Below, in pieces: positions 1 through 9,053 of a DNA stretch of 64,000 nt. Origin of the DNA: an uncultured Sphingomicrobium sp. GTDB lineage: Bacteria; Pseudomonadota; Alphaproteobacteria; Sphingomonadales; Sphingomonadaceae. Position 1 is the first letter of the stretch, and each line of letters begins with the position of its first letter. A program made the translations under genes and the position numbers. Under the pieces are notes generated by a model that ran no database searches, was not told where the DNA came from, and saw only the letters and a program-made list of their open reading frames with translations. The stretch covers positions 26,313-90,312 of the forward strand of contig CAXSCF010000001.1 of the NCBI GenBank assembly GCA_964235815.1, written 5' to 3'.

Positions 1-182
1 TTGCGCACCTGGACCGGCTGACGATAGACGTTGCGCACCTGGACGGCGTTGCGGCCGGCGCGCGGGGCGACCTGCTGCCTCTGCAGCTTGTGGACGGCAC
101 GATCATTGCGACCGCCCGGTGCGGCGTTGGCAGGCACCGCGAACAGCGTGGCGGCGGCGGCGATAAGAATGAACTTCTTCAT
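1..182 (-). CDS. Small secreted protein, 3' end runs off the window (partial)
   Basis: Hand translation of the minus strand from the ATG at 180-182 gives MKKFILIAAAATLFAVPANAAPGG..., a signal-peptide-like N-terminus, followed by a repeated VQVR(N) motif. The frame is open to position 1. Confidence 0.5.
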   Translation of the reverse strand, partial: MKKFILIAAAATLFAVPANAAPGGRNDRAVHKLQRQQVAPRAGRNAVQVRNVYRQPVQVR

Positions 183-301
183 GACGGGCTCCTTGAAAGA
201 CGCCTCGATCGGCGTTGATCAAGAGATAGGAGCGCCATGTCTGGGCGATGTGTCGGCGCGCAAGTGAAAGTGTCGCATATTGTATCGCGCCAGCGTGTCC
301 G

Positions 302-1030
302 TCAGTGCTGGCCGTTCGCGTCATCGTCGGCGCCGCCGGCCGCGGCCCCGGCCCCGATCCCGGCGCCAAGTCCGCCGATTCCCATCCCGGCGCCCATCCC
401 GCCGCCGCCGCCCGCCCCTCCGCCGCCGCCGCCGCCTTGCCGCCCTTCGCCGCCGTCGCTCTTGCCCTTGCCACCGCTGCCCGCGGTGCGCGTCGGGCCC
501 TGCATCGGAATGTCGAGCGCGGCGGGCACCGGGCCGAGCCCCAGCGCGCTGCGGATGAAGTCGCGAAGCGAGACGACCAGCGCGGCGGTGTGGACCTGGC
601 GTCCGGCGACCAGTTCTCGTGCCGCGTTGCTGGCAAGGCGGACATGATCGTCGGTGCCCAAGAGGATGATGTCGGACAAGGCCGCTTCGACCGCGTCCCG
701 CGTCCGCCGCGTGCGATCCGAACCGCTTGCCCGCGCCGCTGCAACGGAAGACTGCCCCGCCGCGCTTCCCCCGAGCCCGTCGCGCATCGCCAGATCGCGC
801 AAATGGGCCGGGTCCACCACCAGGTCGCCGGTGAACGACCCGCCGAGCGTCTTGTAGGCCGCGATCAAGGTTTTGAGGCGTTCATTGATCTGTCGGTTCT
901 CGCGCTCGCGGCGTTGCTGAATGGTCGCCATCGCGAGCAGTCGCACGCCAACCCCGATAATCGTGATCAACGCGAGGCTCGCCAGCGTCGAGAGAATGCC
1001 CTGCCAGCTACTGAAATCGAAATTGCGCAT
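302..1030 (-). CDS. Hypothetical membrane-anchored protein with a Gly/Ala-rich C-terminal tail
   Basis: 242-aa ORF with an ATG start and GGGAG about 8 nt upstream. It has one N-terminal TM segment (ILSTLASLALITIIGVGV) and a C-terminal GGGGGGGAGGGGGMGAGMGIGG low-complexity region. Confidence 0.55.
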   Translation of the reverse strand: MRNFDFSSWQGILSTLASLALITIIGVGVRLLAMATIQQRRERENRQINERLKTLIAAYKTLGGSFTGDLVVDPAHLRDLAMRDGLGGSAAGQSSVAAARASGSDRTRRTRDAVEAALSDIILLGTDDHVRLASNAARELVAGRQVHTAALVVSLRDFIRSALGLGPVPAALDIPMQGPTRTAGSGGKGKSDGGEGRQGGGGGGGAGGGGGMGAGMGIGGLGAGIGAGAAAGGADDDANGQH

Positions 1031-1263
1031 ATGGCGCTCCCACCGGTCGTCGGTTGCGCACTACGCGCCGCCGGGCAGGAAGTCCCCCGCGATCTGACTT
1101 CGGCTGGTTTGGCAAAGTGCGACCGTCGTGCAATATTTCGCGCCGGCGTGATCGCTCGGCCTTGAACGACGAAGCGCTTCGCAAGCGGCGCTGGCGGTTT
1201 TCCATTCGTGTACAGGTCAGAGTTCGCCCCAAGTATCGTGAAGCGTGATGACAGGGGATATCA

Positions 1264-2976
1264 ATGCGCGGGTTTCGAATTGCCGCTGTGCCGGTGTTGC
1301 TGGCACTGTGCGCCATGCAGCGGGCGCCCGATCCCACGGTCGATTATGAGCTTTCACCCGAGATGAAGGGCGATGCGATCGTCGCGCTTGACGTCACGAT
1401 CCGGCTTCGTGCCGATAAATCGGGCAGCACTACGCTCGACTGGGTCGACAGCTGGGCCGGCGACCGCAAGCTTGGCCAATGGATGCGCGACCTGCGGATC
1501 GAGGGCGCCGCATCGGTCGCGCCCGCGCCTTTTGGCGGCCGCATCGTGCGTTCGGCGCCCGGCGTGCCCTTGGTGATGCGATATCGGATCGTGTCCGCGT
1601 TCGCAGCCGATCCGACCGTCAGCGACAGCGAGCAGGCGCATCCCGTCGTTCGTCCCGACTGGTTTTATGCGGTCGGCGAAGTCCTCTATGCCCGGCCGGT
1701 CGGGCGCGACCAGGCGCCGGCGCGCTTCACCTGGAAGGGACCAAAGGACATCGGGTTCGCGTCCGATACCGAACATGCCCGCGGTCTGCGCGATCGACCG
1801 CGTCAGGTCGGCGATATCATCGAGAGCATCGCGATCGGTGGTCGCGACTTGTCCGTCGCGCGTGTCACCATCAATGGCGCGCCCGTCCGCATCGCCCATA
1901 TCGGGCGCTTTGGCTTCGACATTGGCGCCTTCGACAAGACCGCCCAGCAGGTCGTTGCAGTCGAGCAGAAATTCTGGCGCGACACGAGGCCGGGGCCGTT
2001 CCTGATCACCGCGATCCCGCTCGTGCCGGAGCCCGGGCGGATCAGTTTTGGCGGCACCGGGCGCAGCGACGCCTTCGCCACGTGGATTGATCGCGACGCT
2101 GAATTGCCGAGCCTGACATGGCTCCTCGCGCACGAATATTTTCACAGCTGGAATTTCCGCCAGCTCGGCCGTTTTCCCGAGGAAAACGAAGCTGAAGCCT
2201 ATTGGCTGAGCGAAGGATTCACCGATTTTTACGCACGCCGGCTGATGCTTCGCGCGGGATTGTGGACGCCCCGGAAGTTCGTCGACGATTGGAACGAAAT
2301 GTTGCGCGCTTACGCCGCCTCATCGGTCCGGACATCTGGCAATGTCGAGGCTGCGGCGAAATTCTGGAGTGGCAATGCCGATGCAGAAAAAATGCCCTAT
2401 CAGCGCGGGGCGATGCTCGCTGCCTTGTGGGATCGAGAGCTTCGGGCGCGCGGCTCGCCGGGCCTCGACGCGGTGCTGCGTGCCCAGCGCGACCGAACGA
2501 GCGCCGCCAGCGCGGCTCCAGTCGTGACCACCGCCTTCATCGCCGAAATGGGCCGCGCCGGCCTCGACATTGCTCCCGATGTCGATCGCTATTTAACGAA
2601 GGGCGAGCCGCTAGTCCTTTCCGAAGAAACGTTCGGCGATTGCGCACGGCTGACAACCGCCGATGTCCCAATCTTCGACCGGGGGTGGAATTCGGAAGCC
2701 ACGGCGAAGGCGGGCAACGTCCTTGCCGGCGTCGATCCGGCATCGAACGCTTATGCCGCCGGCCTGCGTGACGGGATGAAGGTTTTGCGCCGATCGGGGG
2801 GCGAGCCCGGCAATTCGGCGGTCGATTATGTGCTCGAGGTGCAGGACGGCGCGACCAGGCGCAGCGTCACGTTCCGCCCCGCCGGCCGAAAAACCGTCCG
2901 AACGCAGCAAATTATCCTCGACTCGGCGCGCTTCGCGGCGGAGCCGGACAGGTGTGGGGCCGCGCTCGCCGGTTAG
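1264..2976 (+). CDS. M61-type (glycyl aminopeptidase-like) zinc metallopeptidase, probable lipoprotein or secreted
   Basis: 570-aa ORF with AGGGGA before the ATG. Contains the HEYFHSWN HExxH zinc motif in an M61-like context and an N-terminal signal with LLALC. Confidence 0.7.
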   Translation: MRGFRIAAVPVLLALCAMQRAPDPTVDYELSPEMKGDAIVALDVTIRLRADKSGSTTLDWVDSWAGDRKLGQWMRDLRIEGAASVAPAPFGGRIVRSAPGVPLVMRYRIVSAFAADPTVSDSEQAHPVVRPDWFYAVGEVLYARPVGRDQAPARFTWKGPKDIGFASDTEHARGLRDRPRQVGDIIESIAIGGRDLSVARVTINGAPVRIAHIGRFGFDIGAFDKTAQQVVAVEQKFWRDTRPGPFLITAIPLVPEPGRISFGGTGRSDAFATWIDRDAELPSLTWLLAHEYFHSWNFRQLGRFPEENEAEAYWLSEGFTDFYARRLMLRAGLWTPRKFVDDWNEMLRAYAASSVRTSGNVEAAAKFWSGNADAEKMPYQRGAMLAALWDRELRARGSPGLDAVLRAQRDRTSAASAAPVVTTAFIAEMGRAGLDIAPDVDRYLTKGEPLVLSEETFGDCARLTTADVPIFDRGWNSEATAKAGNVLAGVDPASNAYAAGLRDGMKVLRRSGGEPGNSAVDYVLEVQDGATRRSVTFRPAGRKTVRTQQIILDSARFAAEPDRCGAALAG

Positions 2977-3008
2977 CGTCGATCAGCGGTACGCCCGGAT
3001 GGCGCGCA

Positions 3009-4160
3009 TCAGGTGGTTGAACCGCTCACTAGAGGTTGCTTCAGCAGAGGCGATTTGGTGTCGGGGAACAGCCGCGCCGCCGTCTGGCCGAGGTCCAACC
3101 CGAAATGCTGGGCAAGCGCGCTTGCGATCAGCGCGTCGAGATCGATCGTCGGTTTGAGGTCGCGGCCTTCGTAGAGCGCGGCGGCTGACAATCCCGGCCA
3201 GTCGGAAATGATCCTGCCGCCCGCGACCGCCCCGCCCACGAGCATCGCCATCGCTCCGGTGCCATGGTCGGTCCCGCCCGTGCCATTGGCCTTGGCGGTG
3301 CGCCCGAATTCGGTCGCAACGAGCACCAACGTATCGTTCCAGGCCGGCCCGAGCCCAAGCTTTAGCGCCGCCAGCAGCCCGTCCAGGTTGCGCAATTGCG
3401 CCGCGAGGCGGCCCCGCTGACCGTTGTGCGTGTCCCAGCCATTGGTCTCGATCATGGCCAGGCGGGCGCCGTCTGGCCCACTCATCAGCTTGGCGGTGAG
3501 GGTTCCGAGTTGACCGCCGCCAGCGCCCGACCCCGCCGCCCCGGCCTTGAGCCTGGTCGCCTGCGCCTCATTCCACAGCGGCGCCAATTGCCGGTCTTCG
3601 GCATAAAGATCGCCGATCCGGATCAGCAGGTCGTCGCTGGCCTGTGGAAGATTGGACGGCGCATAGCTTGCCACCGACACCGGCCCGCGCAACGCCAGGG
3701 GCACGGTCGGCGCGAGGGCCACCGCTTTCCCGCCGGGGAGTTCGCTCAGCAGGCGGTTCATCCAGCCGTCCTTGATCCGATAGGCCGCCGCTCCGCCGCT
3801 TTCGATCACATTCTGCCCGTCGAAATGCGACCGGTCGCGGTAGGGGGAGGCGACCGCGTGAACGAACAGGGCCTGCTTGGCGGCGTAAAGCCTGGCGGTC
3901 TCGGCCAGCGCCGGATGCAAGGTGAACATGTCATCGAGCTTGGCGCCGCCGACCTGATCGGTCGCAAGGTCGCCGCGCAATCCGGCATAGGCCGGATCGC
4001 CGAGCGGCGCGAGCGTTGCCAGCCCATCGGCGGCGCCGCGCTGAATCACGAACAGAAACCGCTTCTCGCTGCGCAGAGAAGCGGCAAAGGTAATGCGGGG
4101 GAGGCCGAGCAGGGCCAGGCCGGCGCCGCCAAATTGCAACAATCGACGACGATCCAGCAT
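3009..4160 (-). CDS. DUF1501 domain protein (sulfatase-fold, Tat-exported)
   Basis: Twin-arginine signal MLDRRRLLQFGGAGLALLGLP and GGAGG before the ATG. The body is DUF1501-like and the gene is paired with a DUF1800 gene immediately upstream. Confidence 0.75.
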   Translation of the reverse strand: MLDRRRLLQFGGAGLALLGLPRITFAASLRSEKRFLFVIQRGAADGLATLAPLGDPAYAGLRGDLATDQVGGAKLDDMFTLHPALAETARLYAAKQALFVHAVASPYRDRSHFDGQNVIESGGAAAYRIKDGWMNRLLSELPGGKAVALAPTVPLALRGPVSVASYAPSNLPQASDDLLIRIGDLYAEDRQLAPLWNEAQATRLKAGAAGSGAGGGQLGTLTAKLMSGPDGARLAMIETNGWDTHNGQRGRLAAQLRNLDGLLAALKLGLGPAWNDTLVLVATEFGRTAKANGTGGTDHGTGAMAMLVGGAVAGGRIISDWPGLSAAALYEGRDLKPTIDLDALIASALAQHFGLDLGQTAARLFPDTKSPLLKQPLVSGSTT

Positions 4161-4162
4161 TG

Positions 4163-5650
4163 CTACCTCCGCAACATTTCAGGACTGGCAAGGAACAGCG
4201 CAAGGCCGGTCGCCGGGCTTTCGGCGCGGGCGATCGCGGTTCTGGACCGGTCGCTCAACCCGCTGCCGAGGATCGACTGCGCCAGGCTGCGGGCATCGAT
4301 CGTCGTCCCGGCGCGTCCGGCGAAGCGCTCGGCCGCCTCCACTCGCCGGACCAGCGCGTCGGGGCCCGCCCAACTTGCGGCATCGTCGTCCCATCCGGCG
4401 GGCGACGGCGGCTGCCACACCGGCTGTCCCAATTGCCTGAGCAGTCCGACCGCGACTTGCGGCTGCATCTGCTTGACGCCAAGCGCGCGCAGCGAGGCGA
4501 CCGACCAGTCCCACGGACTGCGGAATTTGGTGACGGCCGGGTCCCATGCCTCGGGACTGGCAATCAACGCCCGGTAGACCGTCGGCAGGTCGCCCTTGCC
4601 GGCGAGAAAGGCCTGCTCGAGCCGCGCGACGATCGCGCGCGGCGGGTCGTCGCCGGCGAAGTGACGCGCCAGCTTGGTCGCCACGTGGCGGGCGGTGGCG
4701 GGGTGGACGGCAAGCACCGCGAGCACCGCGCGCGCCTGATCTTCGCCGGCCTCGGCAAAGCGGCGGCCAAGGATATTGCGCTGGCCCGGTTCGTGGAGCG
4801 CTTCGACGAAGGCAAATTCGCCCGGAGCGCCGCCCATGAAGCGCGCCGCCGGGCCGCGGCCGATCCCCGCGACTGTCCAGCCGGTAAGGGCGCGCGCGAA
4901 TTCGGTCACATCGGCCTGGGCATAACCGGTGCGAACGCCCAGCGTGTGCAGTTCGAGGATTTCGCGCGCCAGATTTTCGTTCAGGCCGCGGGTGTTGCCG
5001 CGCGCCGCGGCGCGGTCCCCGAACCTGCTGTTCGGGCCGATCGATTGCGCCTGGTCGAGATAGAGCAGCATCGCCGGATGGCGTTCCACGGCAAGGAGCA
5101 TTTCGCCGAACGTGCCCGTCACGTGCGGGCGGATGGCGTCCATCTCGAGCAGGCCGGCAAAGCCGACGGTGGTGATTTTCTGCGCCGACACGGCAAAATG
5201 ATTGGCCCAGAAATGCACCAGCCGTTCGATGAACGGGGTCGGCGTGTCGAGCGCCGACTGGACTCGAGCGCCAACCAGCGCGGCATAGGTGTCGCGGGCG
5301 GCGCGGCGGGTCTGCCGAACCGCGGGATCGACCGTTTTGACGGCCGCGGGCGAAGCCATAGCGGGTGCGGTCGCGGGGAGCGCGGTCGCGGCGGTCATCG
5401 CGATCGGGGCCGCGTTCGCCGCCTGGTCCATCCGGGCGTCGCGGCGGGCGGCGTAATAATCGCGCAGTTCGCCTGCAATCTCGGCCTTGGTCGGCAGTCC
5501 CGGCAAGGCCGGCTGGAAGCGCTTGATCTGCGCTTCGGCCCAGCCGCGCATATCGCCCGCGGGCTTGTCGCCACCGTCGCTTCGGGGGCCAAGCCCGAAG
5601 CGGCTTTCCGCAAAGCCGGGGTCGATCACATTTTCATCCAATTCTCGCAT
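4163..5650 (-). CDS. DUF1800 domain protein
   Basis: 495-aa ORF ending 2 nt before the DUF1501 start, the classic DUF1800/DUF1501 gene pair. Confidence 0.7.
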   Translation of the reverse strand: MRELDENVIDPGFAESRFGLGPRSDGGDKPAGDMRGWAEAQIKRFQPALPGLPTKAEIAGELRDYYAARRDARMDQAANAAPIAMTAATALPATAPAMASPAAVKTVDPAVRQTRRAARDTYAALVGARVQSALDTPTPFIERLVHFWANHFAVSAQKITTVGFAGLLEMDAIRPHVTGTFGEMLLAVERHPAMLLYLDQAQSIGPNSRFGDRAAARGNTRGLNENLAREILELHTLGVRTGYAQADVTEFARALTGWTVAGIGRGPAARFMGGAPGEFAFVEALHEPGQRNILGRRFAEAGEDQARAVLAVLAVHPATARHVATKLARHFAGDDPPRAIVARLEQAFLAGKGDLPTVYRALIASPEAWDPAVTKFRSPWDWSVASLRALGVKQMQPQVAVGLLRQLGQPVWQPPSPAGWDDDAASWAGPDALVRRVEAAERFAGRAGTTIDARSLAQSILGSGLSDRSRTAIARAESPATGLALFLASPEMLRR

Positions 5651-5762
5651 TGCCTGGGATTCCAGGCTGCGACCCGAGACATGAACCCGCCATGAGTGGC
5701 GCTGTCCTCGGGTGGCGAACGGCGCGATCGCGCCTCGTCCGGGGCGATCGATGTTTAGCCGC

Positions 5763-5837
5763 TGGTGACCCCTACGGGAATCGAACCCGTGCTTCAGCCG
5801 TGAGAGGGCCGCGTCCTAACCGCTAGACGAAGGGGCC
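5763..5837 (-). tRNA. tRNA-Glu: tRNA-Glu (anticodon CUC)
   Basis: The reverse complement reads GGCCCCTTCGTCTAGCGGTTAGGACGCGGCCCTCTCACGGCTGAAGCACGGGTTCGATTCCCGTAGGGGTCACCA. It has a 7-bp acceptor stem, a CUCUCAC anticodon loop, a GGTTCGATTCC T-arm and an encoded CCA. Confidence 0.9.
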
Positions 5838-5888
5838 TGAGCCACGCGGCGGGTAAGCGACGGGGGCTTCGCGGTCAAGCCGGGCGGC

Positions 5889-7598
5889 TCATCCATAGGC
5901 CGCATCCTCAAGGTGCATCTCGGCGGCATTCCCGCCATTCCATTCGTCGCGCTTGATCGTCCCGGCCAGCCAGAAGCGCCGATCGGGCGTGGCCGACAAC
6001 AAGGCCTGGCCGAGCACCGTGTCGGCGGCGCGAAAGGCGATCAGCTTGAACGATTTGCCGTCGTCGCCCGCGGCGATCGCGCGGACGTGGCCATTGCCGA
6101 CGATCGAGACCTTGAGCAATCGCGCCGGTCCGGCGGCGTCGAGCGCGTCGCACAGGCTTGCCGCGACTCCCCCCGGCGCGACGATCGCGTCGAGCAGCAG
6201 GTGGCGCCCGCCGCGCGCGGTCTCGATCGTCGCCGCCAGTCGATCATGGAGGAACAGGCGCAGCGGTTCGATCCCGCCGGGCGCGAGGGTCACCCCGGCG
6301 GCCATGGCGTGACCGCCCCCGGCGACAATCAGCCCGCTGTCCTTCGCGGCGAGGATCGCGGCGCCAAGATCGACCCCGCCGATCGACCGTCCCGACCCCT
6401 TGCCGACGCCCTCCTCGTCGAGCGCGATGACCAGCGCGGGGCGGCCGAAGCGTTCCTTCAAACGGCTGGCGACGATCCCGACCACCCCGGGGTGCCAGCC
6501 GCGCCCGGCGACGATGATCAATGGATCGTTGGCTTGGCGCTCGGCCTGGGCCGCGGCCTCTTCGCCGACGATCGTTTCGATCGCTCGGCGTTCCTCGTTG
6601 AGCCGGTCGAGTTCGATGGCGATGGTGCGCGCTTCCTCGGGGTCGGTCGCGGTCAGCAGGCGGACGCCAAGGTCGGACTTGCCGACCCGGCCCCCGGCAT
6701 TGATCCGCGGCCCCAGTGCGAAGCCGAGATCGCGGCACGACGGCGCCTTGACCAGCCGTGCCGCTTCGGCGAGCGCGACGAGGCCGATGTTGCCCCCTTG
6801 GCCCATCACCTTGAGCCCCTGGGTGACGAAGGCGCGGTTGAGCGACTTTAGCTTGGCGACGTCGGCAACGGTGCCGAGCGCAACCAGGTCGAGCAGGTCG
6901 ATGATCGCGGGCTCGGGGCGGGTCTCGTCGAACCGTCCGCGGCGGCGCAGTTCGCGCAACACGGCGACCCCCAGCAGGAACGCCATCCCGACTGCGGCGA
7001 GGTGGCCGTGCGCCGCGCCCTCGGTGCTCTCGTCGAGCCGGTTGGGGTTGATCATCGCCACCGCGGCGGGCAGCGCGGCGGAACATTGGTGGTGGTCGCA
7101 AACGATCACCTCGAGCCCGGCGGCCGCCGCCTGATCGAGCGCGTCGAACGCCTGCGCGCCGCAATCGACGGTGATCGCCAGGGTCGCCCCGCGCCGCTTG
7201 AGCTCGACCAGCGCGCTTCCGCTCGGGCCATAGCCTTCCATCAGCCGGTCGGGAATATAGACCATCGGTTCGACCCCGAGCCGGCGCAGGAGCAAGGTCA
7301 GCAGCGCCGCCGAAGTCGCACCGTCGACGTCATAATCGCCAAAGATGGCGACCGTCTCGCCGCGCTCGATGGCGTCGGCAATCCGCGCCGCGCCCTTGTC
7401 CATGTCGGCGAAGGAGGACGGGTCGGGCAGGAAATGGCGCAAGGTCGGCGCTCGATGGCGCGCGAGATCACCCGCCTCGACGCCGCGCGCGAGCAACAAT
7501 TGATCGACCAAATCGTGGCCGAGCCCGTCGCCGATGTCGCGGCGCGCACGCCAGGGCTGTCCGCTGACGGACGCGAGGGAGGCGAGAAGCGACGACAT
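5889..7598 (-). CDS. recJ: Single-stranded-DNA-specific exonuclease RecJ
   Basis: DHH-family motifs (IFGDYDVDGATSAALL, VIVCDHH) and RecJ-like length. The start is taken at the internal ATG (MSSLLASL...); the listed ORF extends 30 codons further upstream. Confidence 0.9.
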   Translation of the reverse strand: MSSLLASLASVSGQPWRARRDIGDGLGHDLVDQLLLARGVEAGDLARHRAPTLRHFLPDPSSFADMDKGAARIADAIERGETVAIFGDYDVDGATSAALLTLLLRRLGVEPMVYIPDRLMEGYGPSGSALVELKRRGATLAITVDCGAQAFDALDQAAAAGLEVIVCDHHQCSAALPAAVAMINPNRLDESTEGAAHGHLAAVGMAFLLGVAVLRELRRRGRFDETRPEPAIIDLLDLVALGTVADVAKLKSLNRAFVTQGLKVMGQGGNIGLVALAEAARLVKAPSCRDLGFALGPRINAGGRVGKSDLGVRLLTATDPEEARTIAIELDRLNEERRAIETIVGEEAAAQAERQANDPLIIVAGRGWHPGVVGIVASRLKERFGRPALVIALDEEGVGKGSGRSIGGVDLGAAILAAKDSGLIVAGGGHAMAAGVTLAPGGIEPLRLFLHDRLAATIETARGGRHLLLDAIVAPGGVAASLCDALDAAGPARLLKVSIVGNGHVRAIAAGDDGKSFKLIAFRAADTVLGQALLSATPDRRFWLAGTIKRDEWNGGNAAEMHLEDAAYG

Positions 7599-7734
7599 TG
7601 CTGGACCCTTAGGGGAGCCGGAGGAACGAGGGAACCGCGGCGTCCGAAAGCGCGGAAATTGTACGCCAGCGGACCGAAATGCAAACAAACATTAACGATA
7701 AGGGTCTGGTAAACCCAGAAACTTTAACCGACGC

Positions 7735-7935
7735 GTGCATGGCATGATCAAAAATATCGATGTGAATTTTCTGCTCGACCGGGTGGCTGACGAACTCTCG
7801 TTTGCCGCCGAGTCGCCCGATCCGTCGGCGGCGCACGTCCATCGCCAGATCGCTGCGCTCTACGCCCATCGATTAAGCGAATTGCGTGATCGCGGGATGA
7901 GCGTCTCCGCGGTGCCATTCATTGCCAACAATTGA
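7735..7935 (+). CDS. Small hypothetical protein, first of a tandem paralog pair
   Basis: 66-aa ORF with a GTG at 7735; the ATG at 7744 giving MIKNIDVNFLLDRVADEL is more likely. It shares the motif RV..EL..A...DP..A.VHRQ.AALYA...LR with the next ORF. Confidence 0.5.
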   Translation: MHGMIKNIDVNFLLDRVADELSFAAESPDPSAAHVHRQIAALYAHRLSELRDRGMSVSAVPFIANN

Positions 7936-7938
7936 ACG

Positions 7939-8190
7939 ATGTGGAGGGCAATCGTGAATCAGAACGCTGAAATCGAATATTTGACCCGCCGTGTTGAACA
8001 GGAACTCGACCTTGCCGACGCCGCGCGCGACCCGACGGTGGCCCGCGTTCATCGCCAGATGGCCGCGCTTTATGCTGAAAAAGTGGCCAAGTTGCGGATA
8101 GCTCCTCCCGTGCTGATCGCTGAACTGGGCGTCGCGCCCAAGGCCGTCCTTCAGACGACGATGCCTCAGCCTTCGACAAGCGCTCGGTAA
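7939..8190 (+). CDS. Small hypothetical protein, second of the tandem paralog pair
   Basis: 83-aa ORF. The GTG at 7954 is preceded by GGAGGG and gives VNQNAEIEYLTRRVEQEL, colinear with the previous ORF. Confidence 0.5.
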   Translation: MWRAIVNQNAEIEYLTRRVEQELDLADAARDPTVARVHRQMAALYAEKVAKLRIAPPVLIAELGVAPKAVLQTTMPQPSTSAR

Positions 8191-8873
8191 TTTGCTTCGG
8201 GAATTCCGTAATTGTCCATTGCTCGCTCCTCGAGCCCTTTGCGATTGACGATCGTGATATGGCCCCGGCTCGTCACGATCAATCCCGCGCCGACCAGGCT
8301 GTTGAGTGCATCGGTAACGCCGGCGCGACGTACCCCGAGCATCAACGACAAAAATTCGTGCGTCATTGGAATGCTGCTGCTTTCCGATCGATCGAAGCTC
8401 ATCAAAAGCCAGCGGCATAGGCGATTCTCGATGCTGAGCGTGGCGGTGGCGAGCGCAGTGTAGGAAATCTGGATCAGGAAGCTGTGCGCAAAGCCGAGCA
8501 CCAGACGCATGAAATCGGGACTCTTCTCGGTCATGGCGACAACTTCGGACGTGCGGATGGCATAACCTTCGCCCGGGATCTGGATAAAGATTTGCAGTGG
8601 CGAGATGGCTTTGCCCATCACGGTCGAGACGTCGACCATGCCTTCGCGCCCGATGATCCCGACTTCGGTCTGCTTGCCGTCGGCGCTGCTCGCCACGACC
8701 GATGCGACCCCCGATTCCAGAAAGAAACAGCGCTCGATCCGGACATTGGGAGTCACCAGCTGCGTCCGTTGCGGTAACGAAATGTGCGTAAGATGCGGCT
8801 CGATGCGGTCGAGATCGGCCGGCGTCAGCTGGGCGAGCAATCGATTACGGTAGTCGGCAGGCCTTGACAGCAC
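8166..8873 (-). CDS. Crp/Fnr family transcriptional regulator
   Basis: cNMP-binding-like core (RCFFLESGVASVV...GIIGREGMVD) and a C-terminal HTH (FLSLMLGVRRAGVTDALNSLVGAGLI). The start is set at the GTG at 8873 by family N-terminus length. The listed ORF begins at a TTG at 8987, and no in-frame ATG lies near the N-terminus. Confidence 0.8.
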   Translation of the reverse strand: MLSRPADYRNRLLAQLTPADLDRIEPHLTHISLPQRTQLVTPNVRIERCFFLESGVASVVASSADGKQTEVGIIGREGMVDVSTVMGKAISPLQIFIQIPGEGYAIRTSEVVAMTEKSPDFMRLVLGFAHSFLIQISYTALATATLSIENRLCRWLLMSFDRSESSSIPMTHEFLSLMLGVRRAGVTDALNSLVGAGLIVTSRGHITIVNRKGLEERAMDNYGIPEANYRALVEG

Positions 8874-9053
8874 GATTTCGCCCCACAATTTTAGGGGCGG
8901 GAGTGCATATGCCTCTCTCTGTCCGCCGCGCCCAATAAGCAAAGCGGCGGATGCCGACCTCTTAAGCGCATTTGATTGGGGACGCAATCGTTACGCGTCT
9001 GTACACTCTCGTACGCCAAGGCGAAATCTGCGGAAAATCGTTTAACGCCAATA

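Noticed and set aside
340-480. Repetitive GCC/GCG tract, considered as a possible repeat array or CRISPR-like feature
   Set aside because: It is simple trinucleotide-type low complexity encoding a poly-Gly/Ala tail. There is no repeat-spacer organisation.
4160-5695. 511-aa plus-strand ORF
   Set aside because: It is antisense to the DUF1800 gene, and its composition is Arg/Gly-rich and artefact-like.
8974-8989. GATTG-N6-CAATC palindrome upstream of the Crp/Fnr gene, considered as an autoregulatory FNR/CRP box
   Set aside because: It matches neither TTGAT-N4-ATCAA nor TGTGA-N6-TCACA. It is short, with 5-bp arms, and could easily arise by chance.
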